Shown piece after piece: positions 51,433 to 64,000 of a DNA stretch of 64,000 nt (position 1 is the stretch's first letter; every line of letters starts with the position of its first letter). The position numbers and the translations under genes were made by a program. The notes beneath the pieces were generated by a model, which was not told the DNA's origin, did not search any database, and saw only the letters and a program-made list of their open reading frames with translations. This DNA comes from Tubiluchus corallicola (lineage: Eukaryota > Animalia > Priapulida), in NCBI GenBank assembly GCA_030141605.1, contig JAQGDQ010000043.1:496001-560000 (forward strand), read 5' to 3'.

Positions 51433-54400
51433 TGTTTGTACAAGAAGTGTATACTCCATATTCAGTAGAAACAACACTCGACTGCCATAATTTTGATGTA
51501 GTCAAGTGGCGCTATTAAACTGTGACTATTGACTGGTAATTAAACCCATTTTTTCGGTTTCAAATTGCTCAAATTAAGTAGATCTGTTAAGCGGTCAAAC
51601 TGAAGCAGTCCTGCATAATATACAACATAAAAACACTTAAACCTGCGCACTGTGCGAAATAAATAACACAGCGGCATGCTGAAGTACACCTTATCGTTTT
51701 TTTCCGAAAAAAATGTATAAGTCAGTAGGCTGTCAAACAGCGATAAAAATTGTTCTTGAAAAACATGTGCTTAGCTTTTATTAAGTTATAACTTGCTATA
51801 AATAAAGTATCAGGGTTATAAATAATTCAGCCTTACAAAGACGAGTTTGGAGCGTTGTTTTTCATTTACAATGCGAACATAACATCAGTCAAACTTTTAT
51901 TACACATGCGAATGTCATAATTCAGATACTAAGTATAGTTTATAGAATCAACTTTACAGATCGTTTTTGTTGGGCCAAGTTATATGTTGTCAGCGGCTTA
52001 TGATTCTCAGCTTGTGCTTGTTGAATTTCAATAACATTTAGATATTCGTAGAAAACCCCCATACTACAATAAATACGACTTAGAAGTAAGTTTAAGTAGC
52101 TCGTGTACAATAAATTTATGTGATAAAGCTTGCAACCTAATAAGGGAATATTAAAGATTAGAGTCGCAGAAGCAGTAAGGTTTATCTATATTATTTACTT
52201 TATCTTACAAGTACTGTTGGATGAACGCACAATCACATTTAGACTATTGCGAAATTGAAATTCTTATTAATTAACGAAGTAGTATATTTAATGGTTTGCC
52301 TGCGCCATTGTATTTCACCAAAGTGCCTATATCTGCCGTCGTTTGAATTTTATTTTTAATAACATTTCCGGAAGTCTCTTCTGCTGTTATTTCAAAATTA
52401 GATTCTGATTACAGATTACCGCTAGGCAACAAATATTACAGCGAATTTATTACAAATACTCGGCTGCTTTATTTTTATTGTATTTTTACTGCGCTTGTAC
52501 TAATTTTTATTTTACGTAAACTGTGTATTTTACTTTCTTTCTAACATTCGATATTTTACTGTTTCATGAATTTATCAGTTTTTATAGATTATATATTGCT
52601 ACTCCCAGGGAATGAATATTTAATGAAATACTAAAGTGAATAAAGTAGCTTTTATTTTTAAATGTTTTATTTTTCAATCATGTTTATTTCAATATCGATA
52701 CAATTTTGTCCTTGATATCGAAGTTAGAAAGCCGGCATACAAATAAAAAACATCAGATTTACTGAAAGAGAAAACTGTCGTTTTAAAGCCAACTGTGTAA
52801 ATTTGAGATCATGTTGATGATCATGAGACAAGTGCATGCTCACACACACACATATCTCATTATCCAGTTCTGTGCACTTGTGCTGAGGTAATCAATTAAA
52901 TCATTATAGCTTGCAGGCCTGCACTTGACGCAGTAAACTACTATTGCTCAGGTAAAACAAAAGCCCAAATGCCATTGTCACCTAATAACTGATTCCCATC
53001 TCTCGCTGTGAGTGCTTTGAACTCAGAAATGGTGAAACGATGTCTTGAAATGGATGACTTTACGGCGGTGTCTTGAGTATTGTGACATGTTTATGTCCTT
53101 GCAATGCCCAGCCGTCTTTTGTTCGCGAAATGGCGTTATGCCATGCCGTGTCTCCACAACTGGTTTTCTACGTGCTAATCTAAGTCGTTTAGCCAGTTGA
53201 AATTGCATTTAGGCCACACTGACAGGTTTGGAGGAATTGTATACGTATTAACAAATGACACCAGCGCAAACGCAAAACGAATACCTCCGTTGGACTTGTC
53301 AACGTTAACTGTAATTAAACACAAACGGCGACTATAACAGATGATGATCGCTTAACTTTAAACGCAAGCAGTCAAAAGTCCGGAAAGTTGCAAGCGCATG
53401 CAGTTTAAATAATACCGTCAACGTCTTGGAAAAATACCAGCTAAAACTGCCCGGAGACGAACACTAAAGCGAAAAATCATTTGTACGTTTACTGTAGCCT
53501 GGGCGCCTTAAAGCTAAAATAATAGAGTATTAAGAAGAAATTATAAGAACCCTAAATGATAATAAACAAAGTTATCTAGAATAATAGCCTCTTATAGATG
53601 ACATTATAAAGCTGATTATTTTGATAATAGAAACTAAACACTGCTTGCCATTACAAATTCTTACATTGTGCTTACACGCGCTTTCTTTGTCATTCTCTTT
53701 TTCCTTTTTGTTTTTGGTTGTATTTTCGTTATTTCGTTAGTTCTCTCCTCCCTTATCTTTTCCTTCCTTTCATGATTTCTTCCCCTTTACTCTTTCCTTC
53801 TTTTCTTTCTTCCTCCTACTTCTGCTCATTCTCTCGCTCTCACACATTTTTGAATTCACTTTACTGAGTCAATGATTCATTGTCTGACTGATCGAACATC
53901 CATATCCAAGATTTGCTCTCTCTATCAGTTAATTCATATGTCAGGTTTCAGTTACAGATACGAAAACAAGGAAAATTTGTACTAATATTATATTTTAGAT
54001 GTTGTTTATTATTGTTTTTGGTTGCGTTTAGTGCCTGTGAATTGATTTTAGGTTTCCATCAAAGGCTCGACCACACACGAGCAAACCACCCAAACTGCGC
54101 TTACCCATTTTATTGGAGTAAACGGATTATTTTACTACGAATCATGTAGCATAGTGACCTTCTTGACCTTTGTAATGTAAAATGTGAAGAAAACAAAAAG
54201 CGTTAACTTGCAGAAATTTGGCTGCATAGAGCATTGTTTATCATTATTAAAATAATAACAACCTAAAATCAGCTTTAATTCTGAGATAATGACATCCAAT
54301 GTCACTCGTGCAATGCTACAACAAAACAGAAGAACTGAAGAAACTTTTAATTAAACATGATATTGGATGAATTTAACTAATGAACTTGATTTAATTTGTA

Positions 54401-55616
54401 TACACCGATCAGAGAATAATTACGCATAATGATTTTCAGTTTTAATTTTATTATATCAAAAATAAATGATTGGTGCTAAACAAGATGGGTTTAGTTTAAA
54501 ATCTTTTTTACTATAATAGTCTTTATTTTGTATCAAGGGTATCATCAACATGACTGTTTTAGATGCTACAGCAACCAGTACACTAGTTTGCCTGCAAAAT
54601 GATATCTAAAAGTACTATTAGCTTAGCACTACTATTAAAGTGCTAATAGTTAACCACAGGCACGTATGTGAATACTGAGTACATTAGAACTGTTGCAATG
54701 AGCGTTGTAAAAACTTTTGCAAATCATTGAATAAGTTTAAACTTTGTCCTATAAACATACCAGAAAGAATACAAAATACAACGATAAATATAATGCAAAA
54801 GTTCAAATTACTTTTTAATGCCAATAAGATTAATAACGTCTCATTTTGGCGAGCCTGTGGTGCACACTGGTATGGAGATATAATGGACGTTTTACCAGTT
54901 GACGTGAACATTTTAAATTATTTAGAATTTTCTTTTCCAATTACATATGTCTTTGAAGCAGGTAAGCATAACGATAAGTAATATGACTTTGTATGGAAAT
55001 TTTTAAGGATTTACTTTAAAATTGCTGCTTCTTGCCTTTAAACAAACAAGCCAAAATTTGTTTCTGACTTTCATCATTTATCAGTCACGCAGTTTTCAGA
55101 GTAATTTTTCTCCAACTTTGTTCTTTTTTGTATGAAAGCTAAATGAGGCGAAAAATCGCTCGACAAGCTTGCAAATATAAGCCACAAGCGGCAAGCCACA
55201 TGCAAACGTCGCACTTTTTTATACTCATTTCTGCATGAAATATAATAGCCATAATACAATGCTTCATGGCTTTAAAAACTCGCGTTAAATAAAATTAAAT
55301 GTGACATGTTGAACCAAAGATGATTTTTCACTTGTAAACTAAGTAAAGTAAAAATTAGTTTCAAGTAAAAATCAGTCCTCAATTTCCATAACGGATTGTC
55401 TCATGGTTAGGCTGGTAAGCTGTATAATGTATACATGATATTCTCCTTTACATAAGTTTTGTGTTTGTAATCCCAGGAGAGGCGTATTATGAATTATTAT
55501 GTGACGTTAGTTATTAGTTATTTAAGTATTATACAGGAGGTATTAGTTGCTTAAAAATTATCACAACATAAACCTATGCGTCTTTTAAAACACATCTTAC
55601 TGTCTAAGAATAAACT

Positions 55617-55931
55617 ATTCAATCATTCAGTCCATTCAATCATCATTCAGCTATTTAATTCATTCGCGCATTTAATTCATTTAAATCATTATCCAGTCAC
55701 TCAATTCATTCAATCATGAGCAAGTCGTTCAATTCATAGAATCATCATTCAGTCACAATCCTGTCATTCAATTCATTTCAATCATCACTCAGTCATTCCT
55801 ATTCATTTCAATCATCATTCAGTCATTCAATTCCTTTAATTATTATTCAGTCAATTTATTCAATCATAGTTCAGCCATTCACTTCATTCAGTCATCATTC
55901 ATTTATTCAATTCATTCAGTCATCATTCAGT
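55617..55931. repeat. Degenerate (TTCA/ATC)-based tandem repeat
   Basis: Recurring CATTCAGTCATTCAATTCATTCAATCAT units. Confidence 0.88.
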
Positions 55932-58900
55932 TCCACTAGACTGAAATTATTTTTTTAAGTGTTACGTCCATACTAGAAATGATGTAAATGAAAAATGGTA
56001 TGTCATAGTGGATATGGCAATTCATAATGTAACAAATATCACATGATATAAAACAAAACTATTACACTGGTCAATACGCTACATACCTTCTCTTCTAAAT
56101 TATTGTATATTTGTGATATGAATATAAATGACCTGCCATGCGTGTGTTGGTGTATTATACTATAGCGCTCTGCTTTATAGCGGGAGGTCGAGAGTTCGAT
56201 ACCGGGTTACACAAACGGATGTAAAAATGGTACATTCTATTGCGCTGCCTGACACACGATAATTCTGATAATCGGGACAACAGTAACCTCTATTTACAGC
56301 CGATTTTAGGCAAAGGTTATCATTGTTTATTATTGTATGTAGATTCAAAAGACAGTATTTATGTGTTAGCTTACATTTGAATACTGCATTATTTTGATAA
56401 ATAAACTTTTGTTCTGGAGACTTACCTTTCATATAGAATACGAATGATTTTGTTAAAGTTTTTCAAATGAAAATGCTCTTGCAATAAAAACAAACTGAAT
56501 CAAAACTATGTTATTATAACAAATATGATACTTTTAAATTTTCTGGCTACGTATGCATCTTTTCTTGTGATTTTAACAGGGTTGCCGATTTTCAGATTTT
56601 AAAATTTTAAAATCAATGGCTAAAAGAAAATTAACAAAAACAAAAACGTTCGAGATTTTTACAGCACTAAATTGTATCTAATTTATTGTCTTTAACGGAT
56701 CACAGTTCGTCTCTGTACATTTACAAAGTTATCATACTCTGGAGAACGCAAAGTAAAACTGTGTTGTCCCTTAACTGCTTCACACGGCTGTGTTATAACT
56801 CCTCTCCGCAGCCGGCAGCTAAAATTCTCTAAAGCGGCCTTTAATTAAGCTCTACAGTAGCAATTATCTTCTTAGAAAAGAAAATTGTCTAGTTTAGATG
56901 CAGGGATATGCGTTTATGTGTTTTAACTGTGAAGCCTGTATTTAACTATGTGAACGAAAAAACGCAAAGTTTCCGTGCGTTTGCACGTCACTAATATAAT
57001 AATACTTAGGAGCAAATCGATTGACATTAGAAAAAGTCGAGTAGAGAAAATAGAAAAAATGCTTGACATTATTGTGTATCAAATTCCTTTTTCCTAAATC
57101 GATTGGAAACTACGAAGTTTATGATAACTTTACATTGCGAAAGTAATGCTAATAGTTTGATAAATAGAAACTAAACAAAAAAAGTCGCAAACGCAAGGTT
57201 TCCCAAACAACGCCTTTCCCAGAGAAGTTTCTAAACTGATTGTTCAACCTTCGAATTTAAACCAAAGCAATGCGATTTAATGCTGGTTGAAACGCTAATG
57301 AAGTTCACGATAGCAAAAATTCATAGTAATAATTTCTCGCCATAGATACTAATTTTCTTGTAACAGTATGATTTTTTAAACTTAACTGGTTTCTAAACCC
57401 ATTTTGCTTACTCTGCTCTTTGAGTTTCACAACACTCATATAGTTTACCAAAGTAAGCCGATGAACCAATATAGTGTCAGAAATGCAAACAGAAGGAAGT
57501 AAAGAGCGAATTTTCCACATATAAGTCCATTTAAGTGCTTCAACCTTAGGCTTTTAATTCATTTTTAACTTTAGTGGTGTTAAATAAGTGCAATATTATC
57601 TATAAACTATATCTTCTATAAACAATAAACTTCCAAATTCCGTTTTCTGCATAACAACGAAAATTGCTGCATTTGTTTCTGTATTGTTGTTTGTAATACT
57701 ACCAGCTATCTCACTTTTAATTTACAGAGATTTTGCATTAAAGGTAGGAGTGTCGCTGGTCATATTACCACCTACAGGCAACAAGATAGAAACGCAAACA
57801 CATTATTATTGTGAATGTGAGAAGTGATGCTGATAAACTGAGGAAAATTGAAGAGACGACATTCTCAGTTGTCATTTATCAGTGTTTTAAATGACCGTGT
57901 TTGCCTGTAAAGGCTAAAAGTATTCGAAATGAGGCGTATGTATACAGTTTCCTTGTAACACTGGATAATTTGTGCAGCAAAACTCTTCAGATTAAGCACT
58001 TTAAATAAATCATATTTCAGATAAGTAGCTCCACTAAAGTCCAATTTGATACAAAATTATACAAATTTGGAGAAGCAGCAGTTTTAAAAACATCCAATTT
58101 TAGCATCAACTTACTTAATAAAGCACAATACGTTTAAGTGTGCCTGATGTGAGGTGGACTAGTTGGAAAAGGGGAGAGGAGGCAAATTAAAATAGGAACA
58201 CAGTTTCATTGCCATTTTATTAGTTATTCATTATAATGTATCATCAAAATCTTTTGTTATAAATCCCTATATTAATTAATTAACTATTTAATTAATTAAT
58301 ATTATCATTAAGCAGTCAGTGGCAGTCGAGATCAGCAATGTCTGATGATCATTGATGTGCAATACCACATTGCCTTATCGATATTAAAAAAAGCATGATA
58401 TATTTGTTATCTATATGAAAGTAGCTTCTATATACAGCCACTCATATAACATTGAATTAATGTGTCCATTTTAGACAAAAATATGCGACCAAATATTAGG
58501 AAGTGTTTGTCGTGCATACTAATAGCAGTTATGACAACATGCATGGACATTACACATACAAATATCAGCGACGTAGGAGCAGAAATGTCAGCGAACATCA
58601 GCGTTTCTTTTATAATAATTGCGCCACCCATTTGCTGCTAAAAAGCCACAGGGTATGTGCAAAGTTTCCTGGCAAAATGAGAATCAGCAGCAAAATTTAA
58701 TATCCGCTAGCGAAGACAACATGCGTCTGCGACAGAAGATGAAAAATTATTGACGTTTTGTATTTTTGTATATCGTCAAATACGTAGGCAACTATCAAGA
58801 GAGAGAGAGAGAGAGAAAGAGAATAAGAAAGAGTGCTAGACTATTTTAGCAAAGATTTAATCTTAAATTGAGCAGTTATAATAAACGTCGCTCTCTCTCA

Positions 58901-59920
58901 AGATAAATGACTTTTATTCAGTCCCGTGTGGCGCATTCACTGGGTTCGTCTCTTACACATGTGATGTGGCACGTAATGTACAGCTGCCTTGAATCATTTT
59001 TAACTCTACCGCTTCATTACAAAAATTTATACAGAAAAAACGTTGGTGATATACAGATTTTTAGTTTCACCGTCTTTTACAGAAATTGAGCTTAATAAGA
59101 ATTACTTCCCGTTAATTACAGGCAACTTTTCTTTTTGACATTTCTAATATAAAACGAGAATTGGTAAATAAACTATAATCCTGAAAACGTTCCATTATGA
59201 TTCGTCATAAATTCGATTTTTAGAGAAACAGCATTAATTGCTGATTAACGTAAATGCAGAATAAGGAATTTTGGTTTCAGATGATTCGAATTCTGTATAC
59301 TGAAAACAAATGACAATTTATTTATCGGCTAATTACGAAACGTTGATAATACAATATATAAAAAACATGAACACATATTAACTCATCAGCCAGATATGGT
59401 GAGGATTGTGTGTCCGTTTTAAGAACTGCATAATCTGAACCAAATAAAGTATGTTTCAACTAACTAATTCGTCAGCCGTAGTAAAATTGTACATTTCGAT
59501 TAAATACCTGGACTATAATATATTTGGACATGTCAAATTACAGACAATTATTATTGGAAAAGTGACTATTTGGCCTCACAGTTCAGTGATTCAAAAGTAG
59601 TAATTATAGTAAACATGCCAATATAGAAAGCAATATTTAAATTTTAAAACAACTACGACTATATAGTATACTGTATACTATACGCGAGCATACACCTTTA
59701 TCAAACAAAAATGTCATTAAGTTTTATAATCATCGCCATCATCGTCATCATCATCATCATTATCATCATCGACATCATCGTCTCGTCACTATTTACTGTA
59801 TGAATTTTATCTGTGTACTCACTATAGGATAAATAGCATCATGCCTAGTGTAAATGATTAGAGCTACATAAGTTGTCGGTATTTCCAGTACCAGTCAGCA
59901 AATAATAAAAAATCTGGGTG

Positions 59921-59990
59921 GGCTGGGTGGTCTAGTAGTCACAGCGTTAAGCTCATAATCCAAATGATCGCGAATTCGGATTCATCACGA
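59921..59990 (+). pseudogene. Degenerate tRNA-like sequence (Met-like) or SINE head
   Basis: A-box-like TGGTCTAGTAG, anticodon-loop-like CTCATAATC and decayed B-box-like GAATTCGGATTC; the stems do not pair well. Confidence 0.4.
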
Positions 59991-62900
59991 TTATTTTCAC
60001 ACTTCTTCCTGTGTTCTTATAATTATCCATTGGTTTCTTTATCGATAATTATGAAATTAAGATTATAAATAATTGATGCTAATTGTAAGATATTATTTTT
60101 CTGATGGGATAACTGAACTTGCGGATTGTTATACTAATTAAGAGAAGAAGGTAGTTCAACGTATATAGATCCGCTTCGTATATGCAAGAAGACATGCGTT
60201 TTAGAGAAACATGAGCTGTGTACTAGTCTGCCGCCCGCACGTGCACTCAATATTAGAGTATTGTAATGCACAACATTTCAAAATGCGTTATCTTGTGAAT
60301 TACTAACGACTTTGATTTTCTTGTGCCTCAGTGACGTCATATCATTACGCCTTATTGTATCTCACATCTTTCCGGAGGCAATACGTTAATTGGACTTCAT
60401 GATTCGTGAGATTGCTCGCTTTTCTTTTTTAATAATTATGGCAACATAGACTGATCAGAAGTGAGAACACGACTAACATGCGTATGTGGGGTATAAGTGA
60501 AGAATAAATATGAATAAAATGTTTGAAGAAAAACGAGTCAGCTAAAAAGCTAGACATTTTTCTGTATATCTAAATCATAAACCAGCTTGGCGATCCCAGG
60601 GCTGCGTGTAGAGCTCGCTGTTTTATACCGATCCGCTAATGCCCAAAATCAAATTATTCAAATGAGTTTCAAATAGCATTACGCATTACCAACATGGCGC
60701 CTCCCTACTGTGAACCGGCATCTTCTTAAAGAAGGTTTATATGAAGCCAAGTTTACAGTTCATTATAATTAACGCCAGACATGAACGACGATACCGGTGC
60801 CACAAAAACCGACAACTTCTGGCAAAAATTTAATAGACCCTTACACTTCTTTATCAAAAAATACGCTCAAGATAAGTATTCTAGAGGCCTGTTATATAAT
60901 TATTACTATTATTATTTACCATTATTGTTTAGTATTAATTATTATTAATATATTGTTACAATAATTAACTCTAAACAGTAATCACTGGTCGACGGATGTA
61001 GCAGTGTTTGCATTTCATAATGTAGAGCGGTACAGAGGTTAGCTATGTCACTTCGAACCTTATTTTTTAATCTTTTACTAATTAGACATAAATTTTGCGC
61101 AGACGATTATGCTGCTCATGTACACTGCTCAGGCTGTTTTCGCAACAAGGTTTTGCTCACATTTGTAATAGAATTAATAAGAAGTGTGAAGAAAATCCAA
61201 AATACTTCTTAGCAGCTTCAGTCTCTATGTGAATATAACAATTTCAGGCTATGAGTGAATATAAATTGTTGATTTGAAGTCTACGAATTTTACTTTTACC
61301 CAAGCTCCGCCCACACTCAATTGCACCAGTCAAGTTGCCGAAAAATAAGTTGTCAAACAATGTTAATTATTAAATATCGCACAACTATTTATCCATGCGG
61401 TGTAATATACATGTATTAAGAAATCTAAAGATTTATGCTGATTAGTCAGGCGAGTACATGACTTGGCCGGAATAAGTTAATATTTCCTAACAGTCTCTTT
61501 TTAAATTCTATCGCCGTTTTTCTGTAATTTTGTTTCTACACAGAATATGCCAAAGTTGTTAAGATCTCGGTTGTAAAAAATGCGACTAATTATTATTAAA
61601 TCATACAAAGAGATCTTAGCCACAAAAGGCCAACAATGCCACTAATAAGAATGGCAACTATCAGTAAAACATGAAAGCCCTAATGAGTGCTTTTACTGGT
61701 ATCTAAAACCCTGAATGTTCATTATCTAAACTGCACAGTGATGAACAAATAAAAACGCGTGTTTAATTGAGCCTCGCCGCAAACACTGTTACATGACTTT
61801 GGAGTGATTTGGCTAGTAAGAGCCATTATGAGCAAGATTACACAGACAACAGCCAGGAGCAATCAGCCACACTTCAAACACATCGAGAGTTCAACATCGT
61901 GTTTAGTTTCAAGCGCCCAAATCACTTCAGGCACTAAGACACAAGATGCGCCTCAGTAAAGTCACAAAAGACGCAATTCATTGCAGAGGAAATAGACTGG
62001 TAATCAAAAACTATAATGTATTTTCGAACATAGCGGCCAGCCAAATGCGTAAAACAGATTATTCAAATCAAGAATGGTGCTAAATTTCTACCCCACATGT
62101 TTTTATCATCAAAGACTTTATAGCTGAAGTTGCTCGTAATGCTGTCAAAAGAAACGAATTTGCCTGCGCTGTAGTTTTCACTAAGCCAGACACAAAGGAA
62201 AAGTTTCGCTAATACCATCCCCAAATATTGCGCGGCTTATTCTAAAAACTGATATTTGTTATAGACTATAGGCGACGCGTAATAAAACGGATTTGAAAAT
62301 TGGTGTAATCTAGTTTAAGCGTTTGGCTACAATGCGTGCTTAATCGACGGCTGCATTTGCTCGAATGGGCTACATGTGCACACGGATTACCGTGGCTCCA
62401 CCTATTTTGTCATTTACTTGTGCAAATGGTCGGTGTATACGTTGTCTTCAAGTGCTTCAACCGTTCTAAGCTTGTTGATGCAAACTTCTATAATTGAACA
62501 AACAAAAGAAATGTGCTGCTGATAATGGGGCGGCAGAAGACCGCTGGAGGCCAGTTTATTTCGCTATTACGACGAATTATTAGCCTGCTTGGAAACAGTT
62601 CGTGGGGCGATTGCCATTGTTGCCGCTCTACGGACAGATGGCACACTTGTTGAAACCACTCTATTAATTCACAATTCAGCGAAAATTTAGCGTGGTACGC
62701 AGAACAGATACAAGCACGTGAAGTGAAATCTATGCATTGCTCATTTCTTTATATGTTACCATGGTCGATTACTTGAGGGAAAAGAATGAAGCATTATTGC
62801 CAAACACTTGTCTAGTAATTGATCACTAAAGCTGATAAGATACATTCGCGATAAATTTATTTAATCAACGAAAAAGCAATAAATTCAACACCGTTGATGT

Positions 62901-64000
62901 AAAGAAGAATTTTTGTCAAATTCGAATTCAAAAAGTACCTCGAAAAAGTACATTTTAAGAAAATACCGCAACTAATTTTAATCAAAGTTTACGTAACTCT
63001 TTTCATGTTTTTTTTTCCATTTTGTTAGCAGTAACGATTGTTTAAAAATAGTAAATGACAATTGATGTATATAGTAGAAGCAGTACAATTGTAAATCTGC
63101 AATCGAAGAATGCTGATCATCTGAAATTACGAATACAAGTAAATATTACTGAGGCTGTTCTTATATTCAAATCTTAATCTGTTGCCAAGCAAACAAAGAA
63201 GCATTTGCACTTTCTAAGCGTACACTTTGCTTTCTTATATTCTGTAGAGACGACTTCATCCTTACTGTACGCAGTGAGAAAATTTAATCTCTCATGATCA
63301 AGTGGCTATATCACCCTGCGGCCGCATTTTCATGCACTGAGTCCACGCGACAGAATTAGATTGATTTTTTAGTAGAGTACAGATACTAAATTAAATTTGA
63401 GCCAAGAACAAAAACCGTTTGCTTCAAGAGAAAAAAGAGTTCTAAGCAAAAAAAACCAGAATGATGACCACAATGCGTAGAAGCTCGATGTAATTTGGAT
63501 ATAGTACTAAAGTTTAGTGCCAAAAATACATATTAAAAAATTCTCATACAATAAAAATATTTACTTGTATGCTCTTATACTGAATTATATTAATTTTTAA
63601 AATTTATTGGCCTCACCCACCAAACGGTAATATTGCCTTAACTAAATTGAATAACGGTTTTGCTAGTGGGTCTATATTATTCCTTGCACTGCTTCCTACA
63701 TGACAAGCAAGCTTATAGTTGGCTTCTGGCATTTGTGCTAATTACACCATTGGTGACCAATTTGTAAAATACGTATCACAAATATTCTGTTACCGGTAAT
63801 AATCGGAAACCAATCGTCTTAAAAATGATCTGGAACGGGTGTCCTACTGCGTACGTGATTAGGTCGTAATTTTCTTAGTAAAAAAGACAAAATTGATCGA
63901 TTTGCGAAGCCCCTGAGATCTGAACTTTTCAGGATTCGTTGGAAGCGTTCGCCTTATTTGGATTGTGACATAAAAGTGAATTAAAGTGGAAGGTATGGCC

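Noticed and set aside
54100-56432. Other minus-strand ATG plus GTAAG donor candidates for AP-2 exon 1 (about 54105 and 56426)
   Set aside because: Both give phase 1, incompatible with exon 2.
59921-59990. Functional tRNA-Met gene
   Set aside because: The B-box is mutated and the acceptor and anticodon stems do not pair; kept only as a tRNA-like remnant.
62755-62794. Candidate AP-2 first exon (MLHSFPSSNRP, resembling vertebrate MLVHSFSAM)
   Set aside because: The donor falls in phase 2 for that frame whereas exon 2 needs phase 0; only a lone ATG would fit. Unsupported.

Overview
This is AT-rich, intron-containing animal (invertebrate) genomic DNA, not prokaryotic, so most ORFs in the supplied track are spurious or single exons. 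Three spliced genes can be reconstructed by eye. (1) A shugoshin-like gene on the minus strand (coding exons from 7597 down to 49, continuing off the left edge), with a decayed Ty3/gypsy element and a LINE fragment in its probable 5'UTR intron. (2) A complete 16-exon plus-strand gene (17655-34638, about 803 aa) encoding a type-I membrane protein of unusual architecture: signal peptide, two Tudor-like domains, (SRCR-cbEGF)x3, SRCR, transmembrane helix and short tail. (3) A TFAP2/AP-2 transcription factor on the minus strand (exons 49825 down to 37103, first exon not located) with a GC-AG intron and a Cys-to-Asn change in the conserved FCSVPGRLS motif. The rest is degenerate CR1/L2-type LINE pieces, mini/microsatellites and about 14 kb of non-coding sequence upstream of the AP-2 exons. 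The best novelty candidate is the apparently extracellular Tudor-like module on a scavenger-receptor scaffold. All calls come from manual reading; no database search was run.
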